Shown here in pieces: positions 8,232 to 17,508 of a stretch of 21,084 nucleotides of DNA. Source of the DNA: Candidatus Aenigmatarchaeota archaeon (GTDB lineage: Archaea; Aenigmatarchaeota; Aenigmatarchaeia; Aenigmatarchaeales; JACQIB01); contig JAWABM010000012.1 in the NCBI GenBank assembly GCA_038999215.1, positions 1-21,084 of the forward strand, written 5' to 3'. The notes beneath the pieces are model-generated. The model saw nothing but the letters and a program-made list of their open reading frames with translations, was not told the DNA's origin and made no database searches. Numbering within the stretch: position 1 is the stretch's first letter; every line of letters begins with the position of its first letter. The position numbers were made by a program, and so were the translations under genes.

Positions 8232-8816
8232 ATGAAAATCATCGCACGAGACGCCGTCTACAAGTGCAGGAAAGGCTGTAGCGAGTGCTGCACCCTGAGG
8301 CTGGAAATAAGCCCGATAGAGGCCGTGGAAATATCAGAGAAGTCCGGAACGACAGTAAGCACGTTCATAGATTATATCAGCGGGTTTGGCTCGCTCAATA
8401 TGGCCAAAAAACTGAACAGCGAGGGCATTCCGGAATGCTTCTTCCTAGACAAAGGAAGATGCAAAATAAATAACTACAAGCCGATAACATGCAAGCTCTA
8501 TCCGCTCGGCCTGAGAATGTCATACGGCGGGAAAGAAGTGCTGTGCGAGCCCATAGACGTGCAAAGGAAATCCTGCGAAGAATGCACAGACAAGGACTTC
8601 GAAGAAAGAGCGATCAAGTCCGAGGAACTCGTGGCAATCGCGGAGAAGATAATGAAGGGCAGGGCGGCCATGATAAAGATGGGAAAAGAGGCGGTCTTCG
8701 AGGGAAGGCTCATCGACAGGGCGATGGAAATATACAGGAGCATGAGCCTCGAGGAAGCGGCGGCATTGCTTAAGGAAAAATGCGGAGAAATAATGGAGTA
8801 CAACATCTCTTTCTGA
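8232..8816 (+). CDS. YkgJ/UPF0153-family cysteine-cluster protein
   Basis: CRKGCSECC, CFFLDKGRCKI and KPITCKLYP. ATG at 8232 chosen because CTTAAAT lies about 25 nt upstream. Confidence 0.85.
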   Translation: MKIIARDAVYKCRKGCSECCTLRLEISPIEAVEISEKSGTTVSTFIDYISGFGSLNMAKKLNSEGIPECFFLDKGRCKINNYKPITCKLYPLGLRMSYGGKEVLCEPIDVQRKSCEECTDKDFEERAIKSEELVAIAEKIMKGRAAMIKMGKEAVFEGRLIDRAMEIYRSMSLEEAAALLKEKCGEIMEYNISF

Positions 8817-8863
8817 TAAAAATTTTCCGCAGAAAATTATAAATATAATCGAAAACAATCATA

Positions 8864-10207
8864 ATGCACGCAGAAATCGATGCTGATAACCATATGAACG
8901 GGAAAAATTCGAACGGAACGCAGAAGAAGATGAAAGTGCTCATAGTTTCTCATGAGGCCCTTGGCTCGGACCTGGCGTGGCAGCTCACGAAAGAAGGCCA
9001 TGCCGTGAAATTCTTCATAGAGGAGAAAAAATACAAGGAGATAGCCGACGGCTTCACGGAAAAGTCCGAGGACTGGAGGAAGGACGCCGAATGGGCCGAC
9101 CTGATAATATTCGATGACTGCCTCGGATTCGGCAAGGAGGCGGAGAAACTGAGGAAGGAAGGCAAGCTCGTCGTCGGAGGGACTGCATACACGGACAGGC
9201 TGGAGGACGAGCGCGAATTCGGTCAAAACGAAATGAAATCCGCCGGGATAACGATTCTGCCGCACTGGGATTTCACGGACTTCGACGACGCGATAAAATT
9301 CGTCAGGGACCGGCCAGGCCGCTATGTGCTCAAGCCCTGCGGGAAGATAGCGAGCGAGAAAGAGCTTCTGTTCGTGGGGCAGGAAGACGACGGCATGGAC
9401 ATGCTTCAGATGCTGGAGCACTACAAGAAGAACTGGTCAAAGAAGATGAAGTCGTTCCAGCTGCAGAAGTTCGTCAAGGGCGTGGAGATAGCGGTCGGGG
9501 CGTACTTCAACGGGAAGAAGTTCATCACGCCGATCAATGTGAATTTCGAGCACAAGAAGCTGTTCCCAGGTGAGAAGGGCCCCAGCACCGGTGAGATGGG
9601 CACTTCGATGTACTGGTGCCAGCCGAACGCGATATTCAACGCCACGCTCGCGAAGATGGCGCCAAAGCTGGCCGAGACAGGATACGTCGGCTATATCGAC
9701 ATCAACTGCATAGTGAACGCCAACGGCATACATCCGCTCGAATTCACGTGCAGATTCGGTTGGCCTACCCTGAACATACAACTCGAGGGCATCCTCAACC
9801 CTATAGGAGAGTTCCTTTACGCCCTTGCAAAGGGAGAGGACTATGAGCTGAGGGTGAAGCCTGGCTTCCAAGTCGGAGTGGTGATAGCGGTGCCGCCCTT
9901 CCCGTTCGACGACCCCGTGACATACAAGAAATTCTCGGAAGACGCGACCATACTATTCAAGAAGCCTAACTATGACGGGGTGCACATAGGCGACGTCAAA
10001 AAGGCCGGGGACGACTGGCTGGTCACCGGCTACAGCGGATACCTCCTGATAGTCACAGGTTCAGGGCCCACGATGAAGGACGCGCAGGAGCAGGCCTACA
10101 AACGCGTGGAGAACATAATGGTGCCCAACATGTTCTTCAGGACCGACATAGGCGACAGATGGGCGCTCGATTCCGACAGGCTCCAGACATGGGGCTATCT
10201 GCCATAA
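8864..10207 (+). CDS. purD: PurD-like ATP-grasp ligase (phosphoribosylamine-glycine ligase family); start may be 8930
   Basis: LEDEREFG, YVLKP, EHKKLFPGEKGPSTGEMG (compare PurD GPNTGGMG), LEFTCRFGWP, FFRTDIG. Confidence 0.75.
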   Translation: MHAEIDADNHMNGKNSNGTQKKMKVLIVSHEALGSDLAWQLTKEGHAVKFFIEEKKYKEIADGFTEKSEDWRKDAEWADLIIFDDCLGFGKEAEKLRKEGKLVVGGTAYTDRLEDEREFGQNEMKSAGITILPHWDFTDFDDAIKFVRDRPGRYVLKPCGKIASEKELLFVGQEDDGMDMLQMLEHYKKNWSKKMKSFQLQKFVKGVEIAVGAYFNGKKFITPINVNFEHKKLFPGEKGPSTGEMGTSMYWCQPNAIFNATLAKMAPKLAETGYVGYIDINCIVNANGIHPLEFTCRFGWPTLNIQLEGILNPIGEFLYALAKGEDYELRVKPGFQVGVVIAVPPFPFDDPVTYKKFSEDATILFKKPNYDGVHIGDVKKAGDDWLVTGYSGYLLIVTGSGPTMKDAQEQAYKRVENIMVPNMFFRTDIGDRWALDSDRLQTWGYLP

Positions 10208-10253
10208 TTCCCGTAGCAATCAATGCCAAGTCTTTGCGCAAAATTTAAGGAGC

Positions 10254-13067
10254 TTAATCGCTCCAGAAGCGGTGCGTGCGGATGAACTCGCGCTCCGCGC
10301 TGAGAATCTCCTTGTAGAGCCTGTCCTCATCCTTGAAGGCGAAGGTCTTGCTGAGGATGCGGAGCGCCGTCTGCGGGCCAACGCCGCGGCCTGCCAAAGC
10401 TATTGCCCCACGCTTGCCGTAGGCGACCATGACATCGGCAGACATCTTTATTCTTCGCAGCTTTTCGGCCTCCTCGTCCGTAAGCTGGCCTCCTTTCAGC
10501 CTCTTCTTGATTATGCCCTGCGCTTCTGTCATGTGGGGGTGCACGCAAGCGAGCAGCTTCGAAGTGCACTGCGGGCAGCGCGGGTCATTGGCAACATCAT
10601 CGGCCTTGAAGACCACCGAGTACCTCCCGCAGTTCAGGCACACGAGCCTGACTTTGGTGTTAAGCAGCCGCTTCTTGATTATCTTCAGGATCTCGGCCTC
10701 AGGCCTGTCGGGCTTGGCTATGTCATGGAGCTCCTGCTGCAGGCCGAGCTCGCCCAGCAGGCTGAGGCCCTCGAAAGCCTGCACCTTCATCCCCCCTCCG
10801 CTTATATCCTTTATTATTTTTTCGGTTTGCTCCACATCGAGCTTCTCAACGAACAGCTCCCTGAGCGTTTCCCTGGCTATCGGAGAATTCCCATATATTT
10901 TGATGATGTTGTCGATGTTTATCTTGTCATATTTGGCGCCCTTCATTATGGCGCCGAAGCGCTTGGCAATCTGCACGAACCTGTGCTTGTAGAGGCTTGA
11001 GCGCGGAAGGGAGAGGGCGAGCACGGTCCTTATCTGATCCGGCCTCGCATCCCTGAGTATCCTTATCACATCGCAGGCCTGCACGTTGCCGAAGATTATC
11101 CTGTATGGGTCGGATTTGCTCGTGATGACCCTGCCCTGCTCTGCGGTAAGTATCGCCGATATGTAGCGTGCTAGGGTCTCATTCACAAGTGAGCCGAAGC
11201 AGCAATGCAGGACAGTGAATTCTCCCGAATGCTCAACGGTTATCGACCTGTTGTCGGGCACAGGGAACTTCTCGGCCTGCTTTCCGATTATCCAGACCAT
11301 CTTGTTGGCAGTCTGCTCAGAGACGGGATATTTCTCCCTCACCTTCCCGGCTATCTCGGATTTCTTCATGCCCTTCCTCAAATACTGCCATATCTGGCGG
11401 CGCAAGGCGCCGACTTCCTGAGAGATCTCGAAAGGCACAGGTATGAGCTCGCCCTCCCAGGCGGGAACGGACGACTCCAGTCCAGACATCTGCTCAACGT
11501 ACACCTTGTCCTTTTCCACCGAGACAACGCGCCAGGTCCGGCCTTTGACAATGAACGATGAGCCCGGCTCCGAGTGCTCCGACACGAACGCTTCGTCCAG
11601 CGAGCCGACCATCACGTTCGAGGCAAGGTCGATTATCTTGTAGGTTATGTTGTCCGGTATGACGGACAGGTTCGTGAAATAGTATTCGAATGCCTTCCTT
11701 CCCCTCCTTATGCCTTCGCCCAAAAACAATATGCGCAAGGACGCCAAGAACTCCAGAATGCCCTGGAACTCCTTCTCCGTCATCTCTCTGTAGGGCCATG
11801 CCTTCCTGAGCGTTTCGTAGACGAGCTTTGGGCTGACGTCGTACCGCTCCATTGCCATGCCGACTATCTGATGGGCCAGAACGTCAGTCGCGTTCTCATG
11901 AAAGCGCGGCCTTTCCATTTCCCTCGCAATGGCCTTCCTTGCTATCACCGCCGCTTCGAACATGTCGTCAGCTTCGGTCGCGATTACTATCCCTTTGCTT
12001 ACTTTGCCGACACCGTGGCCTGAGCGGCCCACGCGCTGCAGCAGCTGCGTCACCTCGCGAGGGCTCATGTATTGTATGACCAAGTCTATCATGCCTATGT
12101 CTATGCCGAGCTGCAAGGAGCTCGTGGCTATCAGGGACCTCAGGGCCTCGGATTTGAACTCCCTCTCAGCCTTGAGACGCACGTCCTTGCCAAGCGAAGA
12201 ATGATGAACTTCATGCTTGAGCTCGCTGTCCAGAACGCGCAACCTCGAGGAGAGCATCTCGGCAGCCTCGCGCGTGTTCGTGAAAGCAAGCACAGCCTTG
12301 TGGGAGACCATGAGGTCATGTATCCTCCTCAACCTGGCTGCGACTGACTCTGGAAGATTCATCCTCTCGGCAAGGGCCGCGTCTTCTGCTCTGGGGAGCG
12401 GAGATTCGACCCTTATGTCCAGCCTGGTATCCTGGCCCGCGCTGACAATCTCGCGCCTCTTTCCGGCGAAAAGGAAATCGGCAGCCTTCTCAGGCGAGCC
12501 CACAGTGGCGGACAGCGCGACCATCTGCGGATCGCCGCAGAGCAGTTTGAGCCTTTCAAGGGCAAGCACAAGCTGAACTCCGCGCTTGCTGTCTATGAGC
12601 TCATGAGCCTCGTCAACAACAACATACTTAACGTTTGCCAGAAGCTTCCTCATCTTCTCGCCGGTGAGCATGGGCTGGAGCTGCTCAGGGGTCGTTATCA
12701 TTATCCGCGGCGGATGCTCCAGCTGCAGCCGTCGCTCCCGCTGGCTCGTGTCGCCGTGGCGGACAGCTATGTCGAGGTCGAGCTTGTCGCACCACCAGAC
12801 CAGCCTGTCGAGCATGTCGCGGTTCAATGCTTTCAGCGGAGTGATGTAGAGAAGCGCTACGGGATCGTGCTCCTTTTCAACGAGCATGTTGAGCAATGGC
12901 AGCATGCACGACTCCGTTTTCCCCATGCCTGTGCCCGCTATCGCCAGGACATTCTCCCCCTTCAGAACAAGCGGTATGACCTCTTCCTGCACCCTTGTCG
13001 GCACAGCGAAGCGAGCTATAGCTAGGTCTTTCACCCGGCTGTTAAGTAACTGGAACGCACCAGCCAT
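10254..13067 (-). CDS. lhr: Lhr-family SF2 helicase with C-terminal Zn finger
   Basis: AGTGMGKT, TPLKALNRD, RHGDT, DEAH, LSAT, HHSSL, QRVGRSGH, VPAWEGE, and C-terminal CLNC...CPQC. Confidence 0.92.
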   Translation of the reverse strand: MAGAFQLLNSRVKDLAIARFAVPTRVQEEVIPLVLKGENVLAIAGTGMGKTESCMLPLLNMLVEKEHDPVALLYITPLKALNRDMLDRLVWWCDKLDLDIAVRHGDTSQRERRLQLEHPPRIMITTPEQLQPMLTGEKMRKLLANVKYVVVDEAHELIDSKRGVQLVLALERLKLLCGDPQMVALSATVGSPEKAADFLFAGKRREIVSAGQDTRLDIRVESPLPRAEDAALAERMNLPESVAARLRRIHDLMVSHKAVLAFTNTREAAEMLSSRLRVLDSELKHEVHHSSLGKDVRLKAEREFKSEALRSLIATSSLQLGIDIGMIDLVIQYMSPREVTQLLQRVGRSGHGVGKVSKGIVIATEADDMFEAAVIARKAIAREMERPRFHENATDVLAHQIVGMAMERYDVSPKLVYETLRKAWPYREMTEKEFQGILEFLASLRILFLGEGIRRGRKAFEYYFTNLSVIPDNITYKIIDLASNVMVGSLDEAFVSEHSEPGSSFIVKGRTWRVVSVEKDKVYVEQMSGLESSVPAWEGELIPVPFEISQEVGALRRQIWQYLRKGMKKSEIAGKVREKYPVSEQTANKMVWIIGKQAEKFPVPDNRSITVEHSGEFTVLHCCFGSLVNETLARYISAILTAEQGRVITSKSDPYRIIFGNVQACDVIRILRDARPDQIRTVLALSLPRSSLYKHRFVQIAKRFGAIMKGAKYDKINIDNIIKIYGNSPIARETLRELFVEKLDVEQTEKIIKDISGGGMKVQAFEGLSLLGELGLQQELHDIAKPDRPEAEILKIIKKRLLNTKVRLVCLNCGRYSVVFKADDVANDPRCPQCTSKLLACVHPHMTEAQGIIKKRLKGGQLTDEEAEKLRRIKMSADVMVAYGKRGAIALAGRGVGPQTALRILSKTFAFKDEDRLYKEILSAEREFIRTHRFWSD

Positions 13068-13197
13068 AGCCACCAACTATAACGCCGTTATACAACGGCA
13101 TGTCAACGGCGCTGGAAATAGTAAGCATACGAAAGCGCTTAAAGCTTCACTTCTCGGAAAAGTTTAAAATAAAGGTTTGTTCGCACATAAATTTTTC

Positions 13198-13899
13198 ATG
13201 TCAGACGCCACAGAACTGCTCGGTTTGCTGACGAATGCCATCGCAGGGACAAAGGAAAGGAACATCGCAATAGCCTTTTCTGGCGGATTGGACAGCGCAG
13301 TAATAGCAAAAATAGCCTCTGAAAGAATGAGGGCGACGCTTTACACAGCTGGTGCGACAGGTTGCAAGGACTTTGCTGCCGCAGAGAGCGCCGCCAAAAT
13401 GCTGGGACTTCCATTAAGGAAGATAGAGCCAAGCGAAGCAGAAGTGGCCGAAGCCTCTCAGGAGCTTGCAAAGACAATAAGGACCGACAATTTGCTCATC
13501 CTGTCCTATACGCTTCCGCTCTGGTTCGTATGCAGGAGCTGCAGCGAGACCGCGGTCGTCAGCGGGCAGGGAGCCGACGAGCTGTTCGGCGGCTATGCCA
13601 AGTACCAGAGGTCAGCAGACGCGGCAGGCGAAATGAGGCGCGACCTGGAAAAACTGGCATCCGGCGGTTTGGAGCAGAAGATAGCCTCGCATTTCGGCAA
13701 GAAGCTCATCCTGCCGTTCCTCGACAGGGCGGTCATAAGGTTCTCTACCGCGCTCCCGCTGGAAAGAAAGATATCGGGCGGAAGGAACAAGATAATACTC
13801 AGGGAGGCAGCTGAAATGCTGGATTTGGGCTTGATTGCCCAAAGGCCTAAGAAGGCGGCGCAGTACGGCAGCGGGATAGCGAAGGTGCTTTCGAGATGA
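13198..13899 (+). CDS. Standalone asparagine-synthase C-terminal (PP-loop) domain protein
   Basis: FSGGLDS, SGQGADELFGGY, LPFLD, KIILREAA, RPKKAAQYGSG. No N-terminal glutaminase domain. Confidence 0.88.
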   Translation: MSDATELLGLLTNAIAGTKERNIAIAFSGGLDSAVIAKIASERMRATLYTAGATGCKDFAAAESAAKMLGLPLRKIEPSEAEVAEASQELAKTIRTDNLLILSYTLPLWFVCRSCSETAVVSGQGADELFGGYAKYQRSADAAGEMRRDLEKLASGGLEQKIASHFGKKLILPFLDRAVIRFSTALPLERKISGGRNKIILREAAEMLDLGLIAQRPKKAAQYGSGIAKVLSR

Positions 13900-14546
13900 A
13901 CAGCAGGCATAAAATGAAAATCATAATCAGGGAATTCAAGAGGCGTTACGGGCCCAAGCCAACGCATGGCCGGCCTTTCGAGACGCTGATAGAGACCATA
14001 ATATCGCAGCGCAACACGGACGTGAGCACCGCCAAGGTAGCGAAGAAGCTTTTCTCAGTAGCCAGGACGCCCGAAGCGCTCTCCGCGCTTCCGATGAGGA
14101 AGCTGCAGAGCATACTGAGGCCGGCGGGCACATGGAGGCAGAAGGCCTGCTACATACGTCAAGTCTCCAATATAATCCTTAATAGGTACAATGGCAAGGT
14201 GCCGAAAGAGAGGCAGAAGCTCATCGACCTGCCCGGCGTGGGGCCGAAGACGGCGGACATAGTGCTGATGTACGGGCACGGGATACCGAGCATAGCAATT
14301 GACACGCACTGCGACCGCATTCCGCGCAGGCTCGGCTTGGTGCCGAAAGACGCGAAAATGCGCGAGATAAAGGAAGCTCTGGAGAGGCTCACGCCGAAAA
14401 GGGAGTGGCGCATCGTCAACCACGGCTTCGTCTCGTTCGGGCAGGAGATGTGCAGAGCAGCGAACCCGCGCTGCGCTTGCTGCCCTTTCCTGAGATTCTG
14501 CCCTTTCGGCAAGGAAATGGTTAAAAGATTGAAACCCCAGAGATAG
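13896..14546 (+). CDS. nth: Endonuclease III (HhH-GPD DNA glycosylase/lyase with 4Fe-4S cluster)
   Basis: PFETLIETIISQ, LPGVGPKTA, IDTH, C-x6-C-x2-C-x5-C. Overlaps the upstream gene by ATGA. Confidence 0.94.
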   Translation: MNSRHKMKIIIREFKRRYGPKPTHGRPFETLIETIISQRNTDVSTAKVAKKLFSVARTPEALSALPMRKLQSILRPAGTWRQKACYIRQVSNIILNRYNGKVPKERQKLIDLPGVGPKTADIVLMYGHGIPSIAIDTHCDRIPRRLGLVPKDAKMREIKEALERLTPKREWRIVNHGFVSFGQEMCRAANPRCACCPFLRFCPFGKEMVKRLKPQR

Positions 14547-14549
14547 ATT

Positions 14550-14818
14550 ATGCCAAAGGAAAGGCTGCTCATGTTATTCATTGCCGTAGTTGCAATAGCC
14601 CTTCTGCTATCGGCCCAGAACAAGGCGCCCGAAGCCAGGGCGACGTTCAGGGCGAATATACCTTCGAACTTACGAGGGAGGACCTGCAGACGGACGGTCC
14701 AAAGGGCTTCTATATCACAAAGTCCGAGGCCGAAAGCCTGACCTTCAGCACAGGAGGTTTTGATACCGCAAAGATGGCGAAGGAAGCGTTCGACAATGTC
14801 AATGCCAACAGGGAGTGA
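14550..14818 (+). pseudogene. Small membrane-anchored or secreted protein (about 89 aa) with an apparent frameshift near 14635
   Basis: Hydrophobic N-terminus in the ATG frame. The -1 frame continues with typical codons (QGDVQGEYTFELTREDLQTDGPKGFYITKSEAESLTF...NANRE) to TGA at 14816-14818. Confidence 0.55.
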
Positions 14819-14861
14819 AGGTAAAGAAGGTCGTGCACAAGGCGGCTGAAAAGGCAACTGC

Positions 14862-15314
14862 CTAGGCAGGCAAAAGGTCCACGAAGAACGTGTAGCTTGC
14901 AGGGTCCGCGTCCGGCCTGATGTAATGCCTTATGTAAAAATACGTGTTTCCGGGGCTCGCAATAACGGGATTTGAGAGTTCTTGCGACCTGTTGAAGCCC
15001 CAGATGCTCGTGGTTATGCCAGGATTGCTCGATGTGACATTCAGCACGAGCCGCAGGCAAGTGTCCGCCCTGTTGACGACCTTTATCTCCACCCACTTGG
15101 TCTCGCCCTGGTGCGGGTCCCAGAGCACGTAACGGCTGCCTTCAGTTTCGTTGTACACGACGTCCGAATAGCTCTCCATTATCTCGAAGGAAATCGACGG
15201 CTCGACGGTCGCATAGCCGGTTATGGCGCCGTAGGACGATACGAACGCCGCAACAGCGCCCAGGCCGAGCAGCGAGAAGAGCGCTGCCGAGAGCGCGACG
15301 AGCCTTGACGACAT
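14862..15314 (-). CDS. Secreted or surface beta-rich protein (150 aa)
   Basis: Signal-peptide-like N-terminus, ITGYAT motif, alternating beta-strand pattern, N-glycosylation sequons NET, NVT and NRS. Confidence 0.8.
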   Translation of the reverse strand: MSSRLVALSAALFSLLGLGAVAAFVSSYGAITGYATVEPSISFEIMESYSDVVYNETEGSRYVLWDPHQGETKWVEIKVVNRADTCLRLVLNVTSSNPGITTSIWGFNRSQELSNPVIASPGNTYFYIRHYIRPDADPASYTFFVDLLPA

Positions 15315-15402
15315 GAGAATGGATTTCTCAGGGCCCCTTATACCGCCTTTCGGTCCGAAGTTCGCTTTTTACCGAATACGGCGTATTAAGTAAAAATAGG
15401 AA

Positions 15403-15439
15403 TTATATATACTACCTAATAGTAATTACTATTAGGTGA
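15403..15439 (+). promoter_or_regulatory. TATA box, perfect 24-bp palindrome (15414-15437) and RBS
   Basis: TTATATATA, then ACCTAATAGTAA|TTACTATTAGGT, whose right arm overlaps AGGTGA at 15434-15439. Confidence 0.75.
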
Positions 15440-15446
15440 ATGCAGT

Positions 15447-15593
15447 ATGCACAAGATAAACAGGAAACCTGAAAGGTTCAGGCAGGCGTGGAAGGCCTAT
15501 GCCGACCCGTTCAGCATAGACAGGGCCATGAGAGAAACAGGATCCTACAGCAACGCCATGGATTACGGCACGTACTCGAAGATATCGGCGTAA
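15447..15593 (+). CDS. Small hypothetical protein (48 aa)
   Basis: MHKINRKPERFRQAWKAYADPFSIDRAMRETGSYSNAMDYGTYSKISA. AGGTGA 7 nt upstream, TATA box, typical codons, hairpin over the stop codon. Confidence 0.65.
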   Translation: MHKINRKPERFRQAWKAYADPFSIDRAMRETGSYSNAMDYGTYSKISA

Positions 15594-15797
15594 CAGCGCG
15601 GCGACGCTGATATCCTTCATAAGGTCGGGCCAAGGAAACTTAAAGGCGCAGGCCCTTCCAAGGAGAAAATTGGTGCGCCCACCACATCACTCTTGCGCTG
15701 ATGGGCGTAACTGAGATTCTGAAATCAAACAAGGTCATGATTAGATGCGCTGCGGCCATTTAAATTGATTTCTTTTGTGCGGAACAACATTCGAAAA

Positions 15798-17156
15798 CTA
15801 TTTTTTCCTGGTGATTTCCGAGTAGGCGTGCAGCGCCTTCATCGCCTTCGCGGCCCTCTCCGGCGACGGGTACACCGGTATGCCGTAGGCCTCGAGCTTC
15901 CTCATCTTGTCGATGGAATATTCGCCGCCTACGGCGCAGACCACCACAGGCTTGCCGTAAATCTTGGCGTTCTTGAGCACGTCGACTATGTTGTCGTCGA
16001 GGGTCGGCGACTGAAAGAGCATGCAGCAGAGGACGCCGGAAATGGCGGGGTCCTTGAACACCATCTGCAGCGCCTGCTCATATCTCTCGGAGTTGGAATC
16101 TCCGATGAGGTCGACCGGGTTGCGGGCGTTCGAATAAGCCGGCACGACCGCCTTCAGCGCCTTCGCGGTCTCCTTCGAGAGCTCGGGCACCTCGAGCCCC
16201 TCCTTCGCGAGGGCGTCGGCCGCGATTATGCCGAAACCTCCGCCGTTGGTTACGACCGCTATCCTCCTGTCCTTCAGGCTGGGCTGGTCGGCGAGCGCCT
16301 TAGAGTAATCGAAGAGCTCGTGGATAGTCTGGGCCTCTATGATTCCCGCCTGCTTAAAAACAGCTGAATAGACCTCGGGCTGGCCTGCAATGGCGCCGAT
16401 GTGGGTCGAAACCGCGGCGAGCCCCGGCTTGGTCTTCCCGCCTTTGAGCGCGACAACAGGCTTTGATTTCGTCAGTTTCTGGCACAGCTCGAGGAAGCGC
16501 CTGCCGTCCTTAAGATCCTCGATGTAGAGGGCTATGCAGCGCGTGCCGAGCTCTTTTGCGAAATATTCCAGCAGGTCGGTTTCGTTTATGTCGGCTGCGT
16601 TGCCATAGGAGACGAACTTTGAGACGCCAACGCCCTCGAACGAGAGCACGTCCAGAAGGACCGTGCCGACTGCGCCTGACTGGGTTATGACGCCTATGGG
16701 GCCCTCTGGAGGGCGTTTGAGCCTTTTCCTTGGCAAAAAGAGCATATCAAGCTCTTTCGAATATATGCCAAGACAGTTAGGTCCGAGGAACCTCAGCTTG
16801 CCTTTGGCAATCCTCTTCAGCTCCTCCTCCTTCTCCCTTTCGCCTATCTCGGCAAAGCCCGCGCTTATCACTACAGCCGCCTTGACCTTCTTTTTAACGC
16901 ACTCCGCAAGAACAGCAGGCACGAGCTCTGCGCGCACTGCTATGACAGCCATGTCAACAGGGTTTTCCACGTCCGTAATGGATGGATAAGCCTTTAAACC
17001 AAGTATCTGGTCAATCGTAGGATTTATAGGATACAAATCGCCTTTAAAGCTCATTTTAAGGTTTTCCAGGATAAAATAACCTATTTTGTCAGGCGTCTTG
17101 CTTGCACCTATGACTGCTATAGAAGACGGGCTGAACACCTGCTCAGGTAAGGGCAT
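15798..17156 (-). CDS. acdA: Acetate-CoA ligase (ADP-forming) alpha subunit
   Basis: IAVIGAS, YPINP, GPNCLG, TQSGA, VSYGN, THIGAIAG (phospho-His), TNGGGFG, NPVDLIGD. No beta/ATP-grasp domain. Confidence 0.92.
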   Translation of the reverse strand: MPLPEQVFSPSSIAVIGASKTPDKIGYFILENLKMSFKGDLYPINPTIDQILGLKAYPSITDVENPVDMAVIAVRAELVPAVLAECVKKKVKAAVVISAGFAEIGEREKEEELKRIAKGKLRFLGPNCLGIYSKELDMLFLPRKRLKRPPEGPIGVITQSGAVGTVLLDVLSFEGVGVSKFVSYGNAADINETDLLEYFAKELGTRCIALYIEDLKDGRRFLELCQKLTKSKPVVALKGGKTKPGLAAVSTHIGAIAGQPEVYSAVFKQAGIIEAQTIHELFDYSKALADQPSLKDRRIAVVTNGGGFGIIAADALAKEGLEVPELSKETAKALKAVVPAYSNARNPVDLIGDSNSERYEQALQMVFKDPAISGVLCCMLFQSPTLDDNIVDVLKNAKIYGKPVVVCAVGGEYSIDKMRKLEAYGIPVYPSPERAAKAMKALHAYSEITRKK

Positions 17157-17189
17157 GACGTCCTATTTATCGCACCTAATATTTATCCT

Positions 17190-17447
17190 TTACGCGAGGA
17201 CCTTGAATACGTCGTCGCCTTCCTTGGCCTTTCCATTGACCTTCATCCCTATCTCGTCCCCTTTCTTGGCAGCGGGTATCTTCTTGTGCTCGACTTCCAT
17301 GCTCTCTACCGCCTGCTCGATTATCTGGCCTCTGCCCTCTATGGAGATCCTGTCGCCTATCTTCAAGGCATCGCTCAGCTTGATTACAGCGACGCTGACC
17401 TTAGGGAAGAAGTGCGTGACTTTCCCGACGAGCTTCTTTTCGACCAT
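17190..17447 (-). CDS. Small beta-barrel protein (translation elongation factor-like / U32 peptidase C-terminal-like), 85 aa
   Basis: VGKVTHFFPKVSVAVIKL...LKIGD...SME...AKKGDEIG pattern. GGTGA RBS before the ATG at 17447. Confidence 0.8.
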   Translation of the reverse strand: MVEKKLVGKVTHFFPKVSVAVIKLSDALKIGDRISIEGRGQIIEQAVESMEVEHKKIPAAKKGDEIGMKVNGKAKEGDDVFKVLA

Positions 17448-17508
17448 CTGATTCACCAAAAGTATGATGTTGCCCGAAGCTTAAATCTTTTTTGATGGCG
17501 CAACCTCG

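Noticed and set aside
23..14546. A dedicated DNA-repair island (radB, histone, polB, lhr, nth)
   Set aside because: The genes are in separate transcription units mixed with unrelated metabolic genes, as expected in a small gene-dense genome.
15671..15750. tRNA gene, split-tRNA half, or fluoride riboswitch
   Set aside because: No T-loop (GTTCRA) or complete acceptor stem, and the plus strand lacks the 5' GGxGAUG element of the fluoride riboswitch.
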